Below are positions 21,652-34,365 of a stretch of 45,534 nucleotides of DNA, piece by piece. This DNA is from Chiloscyllium plagiosum. Taxonomy: Eukaryota. Below the pieces are notes generated by a model that saw only the letters and a list, made by a program, of their open reading frames with translations, searched no databases and was not told the DNA's origin. A program made the translations under genes and the position numbers. The stretch lies in contig NC_057720.1 in NCBI RefSeq assembly GCF_004010195.1, positions 22,530,665 to 22,576,198 on the forward strand, read 5' to 3'. How positions within the stretch are numbered: the first letter of the stretch is position 1; each line of letters opens with the position of its first letter.

Positions 21652-21691
21652 GCAAACGTTTCGTCCCCTGGCTAGGCGACATCATCAGTGC
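21652..21691 (-). ncRNA. Minimal hammerhead ribozyme motif
   Basis: Minus strand: GCA-CTGATGA-T-GTC.CCT-AGCC-AGG.GAC-GAAAC-GTT-TGC. Helix I is GCA/TGC and helix III is the palindrome AACGTT. Confidence 0.78.
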
Positions 21692-21822
21692 TTGGGAGCC
21701 TCCTGCGAAGCGCTTCTTTGATGTTTCCTCCGGTGTTTATAGTGGTCTGTCCCTGCCGCTTCCGGTTGTCAGTTTCAGCTGTCCGCTGTAGTGGTTGGTA
21801 TATTGGTACCCAACATGAGCAA

Positions 21823-22254
21823 CCGATACCCAACATGAGCAAACCTAATGTAGTGTATAAAATACCATGCAAGGACGGCACAAAACACTATATAGGACAA
21901 ACAGGAAGACAGCTAACAATCCACATACATGAACATCAACTAGCCACGAAACGACACGACCAGCTATCCTTAGTAGCCACACACGCAGACAACAAGCAAC
22001 ATGAATTCGACTGGGACAACACTACTATCATAGGGCAAGCCAGACAGAGAACAGCCAGGGAATTCCTAGAGGCATGGCATTCATCCACAAACTCCATCAA
22101 CAAACACATCGACCTGGAACCAATATACCGACCACTACAGCGGACAGCTGAAACTGACAACCGGAAGCGGCAGGGACAGACCACTATAAACACCGGAGGA
22201 AACATCAAAGAAGCGCTTTGCAGGAGGCTCCCAAGCACTGATGATGTCGCCTAG
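21823..22254 (+). pseudogene. GIY-YIG endonuclease domain of the PLE ORF (5'-truncated, frame open)
   Basis: NVVYKIPCKDGTKHYIGQTGRQLTIHIHEH...HEFDWDNTTII...REFLEAWHS..SINKH. Confidence 0.92.
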
Positions 22255-25200
22255 CTAGCAACAAAAACTTCCAGCTCGGCGAACAGAACCACAACACAGA
22301 GTATCAAAGTCACTGTTCTTTGTGTAAACTTTTTTTTCCTGAGTCATAATGTTGAAAATTATCTTGTAGATCCTGAGGTGATATCATAATTGACATTGCC
22401 TGGGAGTTGGGGGCGAGGGACTGGGAGTTGGGGACCTGGGGGCATGAGGCTACAATGGTACTTGCAAAGAAGGAAAGATCAAGGGCATGATCTTCTGGTC
22501 CACCAGTGCTTGGCATTGTGTTATCCTGATACCAAGTGAGTTGTCCTTTTTAATACACTGGAATATCAATTAACTGTTTCAAGCGTCGGAATGTGCAATT
22601 GGTCTTGGTTAAGCAGGTATTTTAAGTGCATCGTAATAAGATGCAGACAATAGCAGCACACTAGCAAAAGTCTTTACCAATTTGTTTTACCTTTATTATT
22701 GAACTGGTTCACAAATAAACAGCTGTTGGAAATGTCAAATGTTAATGAGGCAGGGCAATGCTATAGTAAATTGCAGCGATTTCTCCACTGCTGTGATTAC
22801 CGTGGTACAGACAAGCACCTATAATAATAATCCCATCTTGCAATTCTCTAACCACTCTGCAGACTAAAGTGCATCAGCCTGGCATTAATCCCACTTATCA
22901 TACTGACAGCTAGGTAATTACACTCATGCTATACCTATGTAGCCCTCGTAAAATATCAGCCGCTGTTAAGGAATGCACGATGGGTTGGTTTTAAGCTCTT
23001 GTGGTTGATGATCATCAAGTGACGCTCATACTGACCTATTTCTTTTCTTTATTTGGCAATAAATTATCCTCTGACCGAAATGTAATGCGAATTCTAATGT
23101 GCAATTATAAAATAATGAAGGTGTTTAGAATTTCAGGAAATGCATGCATGTTAAACTATGAAAAAAAATCTAGACAATGTAGCATAGCCAACGAAAAGAA
23201 AGCATGTTTAACTGTCTAATTTTCATTCTTGGAACAATTCCTTCTATATAAACAAGGAATTTGTATATTTTGTGTGTGCAAAGTTATGAACTGCTATAAA
23301 TTGACTTTTCAGCACTAAACAGTTTGCTTGTTGGAAAGCGGTGGCCTGTGAAGCAACTGTGAAGAATAAAGGGCAGATTCATTCCATTACAATTTGAGCG
23401 GATGTCTCTCAAAACTGATTTTGATGACTGCCAAGGATGCAAAATGTATCCAGAAATTGTGTTGAGGTGCCCAGTGGAGAAAATCAGAACTTCTGCATCT
23501 CAAAGTGTACCCAACATCAGGATGAAATATGACATCTACGGGTGAGGCATTCCCCTCCCTGGTGGTAATGAGTGAGATGGCAAGAAAGGGAAATGGCTGA
23601 GTGAGTTCAGTCACAACTCTGCTTGCCACGTTACTTAGTATGTTCTGTGTAAAATGGTCCACAGGCATCCTTCTCAACCATTACCAAATCAGGCTCAGAA
23701 GTGGTCAGTTCATGGGCTCTATAAGGTCTCAATTCACCTCTTCCTCAACCTTGCCTCTCCAGCAGGTGAGAATAGTGGCTAATTTCCTAATTGAGAAACC
23801 ACGATGATCTGCCTGCCAGAAGTATGGGCGAACCTCCAAATGCCCTAAGCTGGGGGCATTTGGAGTCACGGTAAGGTGTGTCCTCCAAAGGCAAACCCAC
23901 CCTGCCTTTGCCTCCAACATTGCTCAACCATCCTCTCCCCAAAATCTATGACATGAAGATATAAAATACTTGCCCTCTTGTGGCTGAAGCTCTCAAGTAT
24001 GAGACCTGGACTGGTGGATTTTAGGTTTCAGGAGCTGGCAGTCTCTGATCAGCTGGAAGCTTCTGGCAACCTGAACATTAGGGTTGAGGCCAGTGATTTA
24101 CTGAGAAATTCATCCAACATCGACTGTTAACTCTTACTCAGCTGATTGGTGGTTGACTTGCTGATGAAGTGTTCTTGCCAATGGAGGTAAAATGTTCATC
24201 ACCACCTAATATGTTTGTCTCACATTCAGCCAACAAAATGGAAAAATTCCACCCTGTGATTTTCTCTTTCGTGTCATTAAGAGCAACATGTGCAATGTAA
24301 TGCCTCTCCAAAATTGATTAATATAACTTAATTCCTTCTTTCTTACTCCAGTTCAAAAAGGCATGTTGCTTTAGCTGGTGATTTGTGCTGTTGTTGAACT
24401 TGATGCATGATGGAAAAAAGCACCATATAATTAGCTCCAGTGAACTGCATGTCAGTTGATGCCCAGTTAAGCCTCATTCATGCAGAAGTTTAATGCAATA
24501 TTCACCTGCACTGTTACAAAGATGGATGTGGGATTTTGGATGAAGATCTGGTCCCAGCGATTGAAGCAGGTTAATCATTGTGGGTTGGATTTGACAGTTT
24601 CTGGCAGGGTGAATGATATGGTACAGGAAGTGTATGATCTCGATCTTGCCATCTCAACAAGCATTGGACAACAAATTTGGTGCTCATTGGCAGGAAATCA
24701 GCCAACCAGCAGTGGAGAATGGATGCTCTAAGGCATCTAGAGTGGATTATCAAGTGAGAGAGGGGTTAGGCTGTGAATTGGAGTAGATTATGGCCATCGA
24801 TTTAAAAGCTCCTTGACCTATCACTTCTTTCTTCTTTGTTACATGAAACAGCTGAAGAAATAAAGTCTACCACCAGCCAAAGGCTGTCATCTTCACCAGC
24901 AAACTCTCTCACTGCACAATACCATGTCTCAATTGCAGTCCTTTCTCCTCACCCTTATGTCAGCTCCTTGTGTCTGGTATAAATCACTCCTCACAACTTT
25001 TCCATGTGACTATCAAAAATTGGAGTGGACCATGTAAAATTGAAGCCAATTGCTTCTTTAAGAAGTTCAACTAGCATGTTTACTTTTCTTTTACAAAAAT
25101 TGCTGGTTGGGCATTCGAATTTGGCACCCACTTGCTTTCTGTAATGTCAGATTGGCAGCATTAGCTTGCCAACCTGATGCCATATTGCTGAATTCTACAT

Positions 25201-25399
25201 AAGCGCGGGAGGGAGCCTGGTTTATGGTTGTTAAATCCAATCCTGTATCTCATGTGAACTGTAGCCTCAGCACACCCCTTTCCACTCCAAATGGATTAAC
25301 AAGCCTCTCAATGTTGCAATCATAACACTCTGTTTGGAAATATTTTTCAATGGCCAGACAGTTATTTCTGCAGCTTAGCTAGGAGTTGACCATTCAGAC

Positions 25400-26375
25400 C
25401 CTGAGGAATCCTCAACATGGCAGACGCCAAAGGAATTGACTTGGAAATTAAAGATTTCATTGGGCAATTCTCCTGGTTTTGAACCCTCTGAAAATATCTA
25501 TCCAAATAAGAGAATTTGGAGACATTAACTGCCATTAACTAAGTAGTTACTCAGAAAAAGATAAGCCATTAAATGCTTAGACTAACTCCCAAGCACACAT
25601 TAAACTGACCCTCTCCCAAAATTATTACCAAATCCAAACTACACCACACTGAGACCCCGGACCAGACTCTTTCACCCTACACCCAGGACCCAAATGCCCC
25701 CAACAGTGGACACCAACATCCCTCTCTCCTCCAGGACTTAACATGCTGACTTCCATCAGCGGACCCGAAATGGCCTAGCCCCACACATTTCCTCCCAAGA
25801 ACCTGACACCACCCTCTCCATCTGGACTAATAAAACCCTAATTAAACTCCAGAACCAACCACTCCCCACATCCTCCACTGCTGGACCTCACATATCCCTC
25901 TGGGGCACGACCACACCTTCCCTGGAATCCACCATCACTCCCTCTCCCATGGGATCTAATGTCTACCCACCCACCCTGACCTCTCTAAATGCTCCCATTT
26001 TTACTTGATCCCCTCCCTACCTTACAATCTGATAATTCACCCACCTGGCACCCTGCCCACTTGATTTTCTACTCTCCCTGCACCCTGACCTGACACCTTA
26101 ATTGCTTATACCATTTCACAGGAACTGTCAATTAAGCTGTCTGTGATGACAGACAATTAAATCACTTAGTATGGCAGGTGACTGCTGTGAAAAAGGGGTG
26201 TGTTTTGACTTACCCAGACTATCCTGCTGGCTGTGAAGACCTAGACAGATTTAAAGTATGGCTCTACAGTTTTGAAGGATCTCTTATCAGAATTACCTGT
26301 CAGAAGTGTGGAGTTCTTTCATCAAATGAAGGGGAAATTTGAATGTTGTTGCCATCTCTTAGCAAATCTGGCCCA
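25400..26375. mobile_element. Decayed non-autonomous DNA transposon (MITE-like) with C-rich internal repeats
   Basis: Ends in AAATCTGGCCC (TIR-like). The C-rich array at ~25600-26100 and the motif gctgtgaaaaaggggtgtg parallel the element at 42237-43187. The left end is unclear. Confidence 0.4.
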
Positions 26376-26385
26376 ATGGTTACTT

Positions 26386-26500
26386 GTAAGAAATAGCAAA
26401 GGTAGACAATCTTAAGTCTACTCCACCATTTAGTAAGATCATGGTGAACCACATGCCTTGACTTCACTTTCTTACTTCATCCCCATTCCCCATGACTGTT
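26386..26500 (-). mobile_element. Degenerate CR1 3' tail
   Basis: taagaaatag...ctactccaccatttagtaagatcatgg...cttcactttc...tccccattcccc. Confidence 0.6.
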
Positions 26501-28244
26501 TTTGGAACCGTTCCTAAACTAGCCGTTCACTTCTTTAACCCTGCTGGTGTCCTCTATCTCCTTTATGACTCTGTTAATTGTGTAAATTTAATGCGGGGAT
26601 GTGAATCCAGTAACTCAAATAAATTTCAGTATTTCCCATTAATTGCTGCTTAAATATTCTATGCAAAAAAAATCAATGTCAGAGATGCGTATTGGATTTG
26701 GTTACCCCAAGGAGCAATTTGTGGAGCACAGGCAAAGTAGCATTCAGTCCATTAATACGAAAGCAGAAAATGATTACAACTTAAACGCAACATTGGTGTG
26801 TGTGTGTGTGTTCGCTCCAGCATAACTGAGGACTATAACACCCCCACACAGCAAATAGAGTAGAGGCAAAAGCAAATGATTAGGAACTTGAAATTCCCTC
26901 AAAGTTACAGCTGTTTCAGAAAATGTAATTTAATTCCCAAAATCATAGATAGCAATAGAATGTACAGTACTATAACACTACATCTGGTGATTGAAGTTTG
27001 GTCCTATCCTTTTTATTACACAAGAATTAGGATTTTCCAATGTCAGCTAGAAACATGCATTAGCATACATGTTTTCGATTCGAAATAACACTGGAGGTGG
27101 TTTATGATGCCGTCTCATTCTGGGAGCTTATTTATCTCTTGGTTCAACCTTGCAAATGTTCACAAAAGAATATGCAGACACAAAAGGAGACAAATTTGCT
27201 TAAAATTTTGTAGTAGGTCACTGCAATTTGTAATGACACACAGAACAATACTTACCAATAACATTTTATATTTGGTGCATGATGTGTATGCTAATGCTAT
27301 CCCCAAAGATTTTGTCATTGAGAAAAGAATTTGTGCCAATTGCTCCTGTTTTTTAAGTCAACATTGTTTGAACCTATCACATCATGGTCCTAGTTGACTG
27401 CAGCACTTGTTATTTCAATAACTGAGATTCAGAAAGCAACAAGTATTCTTAGGTAATCAATTCTTAAATAAGCAGAAATGTAACAAAAAACGTCAGTTTC
27501 AAGTAGTGGGTCTTTTGTGTTCCCTTTCTTTATCAGTTATGGTTTGAACTCCACAGTAAATCTAATAGGACTTCTGTCTGTCTCATTTTCTTACCTCTAT
27601 AATCGACCTAAACAAGACTTCAAAATGAGCACATGAATAACACACTGGCAATCCAATAATGCTTCAAGTGGGATTGGATGCAGGAAGGCAACCGAGTGAG
27701 ATGAGGTGATACCCTGGAAGCCCACACCTTCCCACCTTCCACACCTGGGTGGAAAGGACCAAGTCCTACCCACTTACTGTTATTACCCATTTAAAGACCT
27801 CTTTTTTTTCACTATTTCCACTTCTGTTTCTATTTCTATCTGGACTACAATCAGGTCTTGGTTGGAGAAAATAGTACTCCACTGATATTTTAGTCCTCAC
27901 AATTTTGATTGCTTTGAAGGGCTGACAGGTCTCTCTGGCAGGATTCTGTCCCTGCGGATTTGATTTCAGAGGAAGTCCCAGTAATGCTCTCTAAATGGAG
28001 GAAGGCACAGTAGACCTTGCTCTAAGGAGTCAGCCAGGATGTTTTTTCATCTGTTAAGTAGGTGAGTAAGACATCAAACCCAAACAGAAGATTCCGATAA
28101 TTGAATGCAAACCATTCCTTTTAATGCTGTCCATGTGCTTAATAAGTGAGCTTTATTATTCACTGGTATTTAATACGCATCTCTGCACTTAAGGAATGTC
28201 TATGACCCAAATTGTGCTTCTTGTCCAGCTGATGCCATAGGAAC

Positions 28245-28975
28245 ACAGTCCATAGAGCTGTACAGTATGGAAAGAGATCCTTTGGTCCCACTCATTTGAA
28301 ATTAATCTTAATCCTATTGGCCAGCATTTGGCTCATATCCCTCTAAAGGCTTCCTATTCATATACTCATCCAGATGCCTTTTAAATGTTATAATTGTACC
28401 AACCTCCACCATTTCCTCTGGCAACCCATTCCTCATATACACTATCTCCTACGTGAAAAAGTTGCAGCTTAGGTCCCTCTCCCTTTCCCTCTCACCTCAA
28501 AAATCCTTAGTTATTCCAATCCAAACCCCTCATGATTTAATAAAGCTCTATAAGGTCACCTTTCAGCCTCCAATGCTCCAGGAAAAATAGCCCCAGTCTA
28601 TTCAGCCTCTCCCTATAGCTCAAACTTCCCAAGCATGGCAACATCCTTGTAAATCTTTTATGAAGCTTTTCAAGTTTCACAACATTCTTTCTACAGGAGG
28701 CAGACCAGAATTGCATGCAGTATTCCAAAAATGGCCAATTCAATGTCCTGTACAGTCACAACATGATGTCCCAACTCAACGCACTGACCAATAAAGGCAA
28801 GCATACCAAATGCCTTCTTCACTATCCTGTCTACCTGGGACTCCACTTTCAAGGAACTATGAAAATGCACTCCAAAGTCTCTTTGTTCAGGAACATTCAC
28901 CAGGACCTTACCATTAATTGTTTAAGTTCTGCCCTGCTTTGCCTTTCCAAAATGCAGCACCTCACATTTATCTAA
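28245..28975 (-). mobile_element. CR1 LINE 3' fragment
   Basis: ORFs 28537-28743 (LEYCMQFWS...RLKGDLIELY) and 28691-28900 (EQRDFGVHFHSSLKVESQVDRIVKKAFG). Confidence 0.93.
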
Positions 28976-31273
28976 AGTGACAAACATTTTGCTAAATGAA
29001 AGCATGCTTGCTTGATACCTAAGTTACAGTGTAGATTGCTTTTTTGTGCAGCTACAAAGATTCATGTTACATTAAAATTAACATTCAGTGCTTTGAGAAG
29101 AGTGTTGAGATATGCATTTAATTGGTTAAGAGATGGCAGAATTTCATTGCCATATCTCCTATGAATTAGGGGATGCATAAAAAAAGCTTTGATACACTTA
29201 GGGCCAGAAGTAGTGTCAACTGTGGTTAATTCTCCATTAAGGTCTATTTGAATTTACATTTGTTGGCTTTCCTTCCTTTCTCTCATCATTTATGAAACTG
29301 TGAATTAGAAACCTGGAAATAATTGCTATCCTCGCCACATTAATGGTGCCCTTTAAAAACCAATAGAAAATAAAAATAATGAAGAAAGGTACTGAGAGGT
29401 AAGTTTACACAAAAATGCGTCAAAACAAACATTATATATCTGCAAGGACAAAGAAAGGAACACTGACTTTGATCTATTAATAAGATCATTTGGAAAGGCC
29501 CTATAGGTAAAGTCATAGCATACCCATTTCTTAAAGCAGAAATGTACAGTGTGAACGGAATTTCAAAGTTCAGAAATTCATCTTGGAATCCCAATTGCAT
29601 CACTTTAATGACTAAAGAAGGAGTGGACATATAGGAAGAGGAGGCTTACTTTCTCTCTGAAAAATTTGAAAAATTATTTGCAGAAAGAATGTATAACAGG
29701 TTGTTCAGAAGCCTGTTTTCTAACTTATCTATTTTGTAAATGAGCCCTGTTTCTCTCACCTGATAGATACATGTGCATTTTTGTTCCATCCAACACTTTT
29801 TAATCACTTTTTCATTTTTGGTCAGTAACTGTTTTGTGATTTAATGCGCCATCAGAGAATTTGAGCTGGAAGACATTCGTGCTTTCAAATTTTTAACACA
29901 AACAAACCTGTGTATATTTGCAAATCATTTCTTGGTTATCACAATGTATATGTTCTAAACTGTATTTAACTCAAAATCTGTTAACCCCACCAAAGGGTCC
30001 TCTTTTAGTTGCAACATAATCCTGAATTATCTGACATGCACAGCATAATATTGCAGGTTTCTGCATGAGGACCAGAAACAGCTCCTTGACCCGAATGGCA
30101 AGGATCTCCTTGTAGCCATCCAGTCGATGTCTAATTGAACCTGTCTGCTCTGTTAAAGGTTATTATTAAATTTATCCTGAGAATTTATTTCATCCAAAAA
30201 GGTTCTCTGGGGAAGCAAAACATACACGGCTGTGAAAGTAATCAAGTGAGATGATTGACTTGCTGGGGCAAAACGAGTCATCATTACTTTTCACTTTCAA
30301 CGGCGCCTGAAGCCCTCATTCCATCTGCCGACCCCAGAAGTTGTGGTCTAACCACACCATGCCAACAATACTCTGGGAGGTTTCTTTTTTCAGGTTCATT
30401 ATGTTACTTACCACAACTGCAGCTTTCTATCAAATATGAGACAGCTGTTATATGGTGTTTGATATCATTCGATCCCTGCAGACCCCACAGACATGATTCA
30501 CAAGGGCCTTCCAAGCACAGAATAATCTGGTTACACTGTCCACAGTTTTCATTTATTGCTCTTTAAATTATAGACTCTTGACTCTACATGATACATTATT
30601 TAGACAATGCCCTGTTAGCTTAACTATATCTGGCATTTTTATTTCTATGCATGATAGAAATTTAATTTGACTCATACCTTAAGTGTAAGGTTTATAAAAA
30701 AGACATTCCATGATTCCACAGAGAATAATAAGATTTCTGAAAATACACAAGAATTTCTAAACAATAGTAAAGATTACCTTAAAGCATTCTTATGTGAATA
30801 TGTTATGATTTGCAGCTTGTAATTATTATACCTACAAAATATGAATTATATGTTTATATCCATCCATTAGCATCATAACTTAGGTGCAGACTTTCACCTG
30901 GTACCAGACACAACACACAATGCAGAAGTGAGCAAGCCCAAAGTGAACATAACTACGATCTAACTTTAACCAATCTGAGGGGCTCATACAGCATAGCTCG
31001 AAACATATCAGAATCCAGTTTACATGCAATAGTGGCCAGGCTTTAACAGGGATACACTGGCCCCACTCACTGACTGAATTGTTGGGGGTGAGCCTGCCTA
31101 CACTGGCCCTGGAAGGAAGTTTGAATTATATGTCATTTTGGCAATTAGCTAACTGAAATTGTGACCTCCCCACGACAGGATGGTTCATCTCCAAAGAGCT
31201 GTTAACCAGTTAGATAGTCAGCAGATCCTAAGTCCCACCAGCAGCCATGCTGCAGAATAAGGGTGAGTATTGT

Positions 31274-31582
31274 GGGCTCACGGTGGCACAGTGGTTAGCA
31301 CTGCTGCCTCACGGCACCAGAGACCCGGGTTCAATTCCCGACTCAGACGACTGACTGTGTGGAGTTTGCACATTCTCCCTGTGTCTGCGTGGGTTTCCTC
31401 TGGGTGCTCCGGTTTCATCCCACAGTCCAAAGATGTGCAGGTCAGGTGAATTGGCCATGCTAAATTGCCCGTAGTGTTAGATAAAGGGGTAAATGTAGGG
31501 GAATGGGTGGGTTGCGCTTCGGTGGGTCGGTGTGGACTTGTTGGGCCGAAGGGCCTGTTTCCACACTGTAAGTAATCTAATC
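31274..31582 (+). mobile_element. Full-length HE1-type V-SINE
   Basis: Pol III A box TGGCACAGTGG (31284-31294), B box GGTTCAATTCC (31328-31338), V-domain tgtgtggagtttgcacattctcc..gtgtctgcgtgggtttcctc, CR1-derived tail gggccgaagggcctgttt...taatctaatc. Confidence 0.95.
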
Positions 31583-32243
31583 ACGTGGCCCAGTCAGACA
31601 GCCCCTGGCAAGGTGGTAGGGAGGGGATGGAGGCAACTGACAGATAGGGGATGCTTTCAAAGGGTGAAAGCCTGACTATTGGTCAGCCTTTCTGTGGGTC
31701 ACAAGGTGAAAGAAAAGGAGAGACTCCAACACCACCTTTATCTCAAATGCCACACACCTCCCACAGTGCAGGCACACTCGACTCTGTCCATTCCCTCCTT
31801 CAGTCAAGCAGTGGCAGGAAACAGTCCTTAACGATCTCAGTTGTCCTGAGGGTAGGGAGACTGTCTGATTTCTATCACCCAAAAGCCATTCCTCTCTGGA
31901 TGTCATTGAAGGGAGGGGAGGTGGAGGCTGGGTGCAGTGTGGAGGAATTTCCCAGCCATCCTGTTTGATCAAACACAAACACTCCCCCACCCAATCTCAG
32001 AACCCACCTTCAGGGAGGGCCAGTAATTCCATCTTTGAAGGTTTTCCCAAGCTTTGTGTGAAGATAAATTTCCTGATTGCTCCCGTCCAGTATTCTCCAT
32101 ATTCAAATCAAGGTTTCATGCAAACGCATATTCCACATTAAATTTGATTACCACCTCTAAGGTCATATCCTTTCTCCTGGCAAAACCTCCCCAGGCTAAT
32201 TTTTTCATATTAGCTCATTTCTAATTTCTTTGTTAGTCCTTTT

Positions 32244-32586
32244 AGAGTCTTAAAGTCACACAGCATGGAAATGGGTCCTTCAGTCCAAATTGTTCATGAT
32301 GACTAGATTTCCTAAACTGAACTAATCTCATTTGTCTGCATTTGGTCCATATCTTTCTAAGCCGTTTCTACCCATGTACCTGTGCAAATGTCTTTTAAAT
32401 GTTTTAATTGTACCTGTTTCTACCACTTCTTCAGGTCCCTTTTAAGTCTTTCCCCTCAATCCTTTAACCTATGCCCTCTAGTCATGGGCTTCCCTACCCT
32501 GGGGAAAAGACCTTAGCTTTTGAGCTTATCTAAAGATCGTATCTATGCCCCTCATGATTTTATAAGAAGGTCACCCCTCAATCTCC
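32244..32586 (-). mobile_element. CR1 LINE 3' fragment
   Basis: cagcatggaaatgggtccttcagtccaa tail and ctatgcccctcatgattttata..aaggtcacccctca (RGDL..YKIMRGID). Confidence 0.85.
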
Positions 32587-32589
32587 AGA

Positions 32590-33500
32590 GTGATATGCTC
32601 TTCTTGTCGGATGTGGGAGTTTAGGGAGAGTTTACACGTTACTGAAGATTATATCTGCAATAAATGCCATTGGTTGTGAATCCTGTCAGATTGAATGGAT
32701 CAGTTGGACAGACAGTTAGAGGCCATGAGGAATTTACAAGAGCAAGGGAATGTGATGGATGGCAGTTATAGGAAGGGAGAAAAGTTGCAGATATAGTCAT
32801 ATAGAGGGGTTAACTCCAGGAAAGGTAAGAGAGGTAGGCACGTAGTGCAGGAACCTCTGTGGCTATCCCCATTTCAAACAAGTATGATGTTTTGGAAAAA
32901 GGTAGGGGGTGATGGATTCTCAGGGGAATGTCGAACCAATAGCCAGGTTTCTGGTATTGGGACTGGCTCTAATGCAATGAGGGGTATGTTGGGGTCCAAG
33001 CAATTGATTGTGCGAGGGGACTCTCTAGTCCGAGGCACAGACAGACATTTCTGTGACCAACAGTGAAAAATCAGAATGGTGTGTTGCTTCCCTGGTGCCA
33101 GGATCAAGGATATCTCAGAAACCGTGCAGAATGCTCCCAAGTGGGAGAGGGACCAACAAGAAGTCATTGTACACATTGGAACCAACGACATAGGAAGGGA
33201 AAAGAATGAGATTCTGAAGGGAGAATATCGAGAGTTAGGCAGGAAATTAAAAAGGAGATCCTCGAGAGGAGTAATATCTGGAATACTCACAGTGCTGCGA
33301 GCTTGTGAGTGTAGGAATAGGAGGATACAGCAGATGAATGCATAGCCTGGTGTATGGGAGAAGTATTCACATTTTTTGGATCATTGGAATCCCTTCTGGG
33401 GTAGAAGTGACCTGTACAAGAAGGACGGATTGCACCTAAATTGGAAGGGGACTAATATACTGGCAGGGAGATTTGCTTGAGCTGTTCAGGAAGATTTAAA
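32590..33500 (+). pseudogene. CR1 ORF1 remnant: zinc finger/leucine zipper plus SGNH esterase domain
   Basis: VICSSCRMWE...YICNKCHWL..LDRQLEAMRNL, GDSLVRGTDR, VCCFPGARIKD, VIVHIGTNDIG, DGLHLN. Confidence 0.88.
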
Positions 33501-34365
33501 CTATTAAAGTTGGGGGGGGAGGTGGGACCCATGGAGATAGTAAGGAAAGAGATCAATCTGAGACTGGTACAGTTGAAGAAAGAAGCGAGTCAAACAGTCA
33601 GGGCCAAAGCAGAGAATAAGACAGGACTGATAAATTAAACGGCATTTATTTCAATGCAAGGGGCCTAACAGGGAAGATAGGTGAACTCAGGGCATGGTGA
33701 GGAACATGGAACTGGGATATCATAGCAATTACAGAAACATGGCTCAGGGATGGACAGAACTGGCAATTTAATTGGGGATGGGAACCAAAATTGTAGTTCG
33801 AATGTAGAAAAGGTTGAGAGTAGGGAGGTCAGAAATCAAGTTTCAGGGACGCAAGATGGCACCGGCAAGCAAGACATTGGTTTGAAGTGCGTCTACTTCA
33901 ACACCAGGAGCATCTGGAATAAGGTGGGTGAACTTGCAGCATGGTTGGTACCTGGGACTTCGATGTTGTGGCCATTTCAGAGGCATGGATAGAGCAGGGA
34001 CAGGAATGGTTGTTGCAGGTTCCAGGATTTAGATGTTTCAGTAAGAACAGAGAAGATGGTAAAAGAGGGGGAGGTGTGGCATTGTTGGTCAAGGACAGTA
34101 TTACAGTTGCAGAAGGGATGTTTGGGGACTCATCAACTGAGATAGTATGGGCTGAAGTTAGAAAAGGAAAGGAAAGGTCACCCTGTTGGGAGTTTTCTGT
34201 AGGCCTCCGAATAGTTCCAGAGATGTGGAGGAAAGGATAGCAAAGATGATTCCCAATAGGAGTGAGAGAGACAGGGTAGTTATCATGGGGGACTTCAACT
34301 TTCCAAATATTGACTGAGAACACTATAGTACGAGTACTATAGATGGGTCAGTTTTTGTCCAGTGT

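Larger units (their letters stand above)
21584..22295. mobile_element. Penelope-like element (Penelope/Poseidon type) with inverted arms and 15-bp TSD
   Basis: TSD ACAGAGTATCAAAGT at 21569-21583 and 22296-22310. Minus arm ~21579-21805 is the reverse complement of the 3' part of the plus arm (~22120-22295). Confidence 0.93.

Noticed and set aside
24550..24700. Third Harbinger Myb relic on the minus strand (*APN...MLVEMARSR)
   Set aside because: Too degenerate to support by eye.
26796..26810. (TG)n microsatellite
   Set aside because: Only about 7 units, unremarkable.
31274..31345. tRNA gene
   Set aside because: The A/B boxes belong to the tRNA-derived head of an HE1 SINE that continues into the V-domain and LINE tail.
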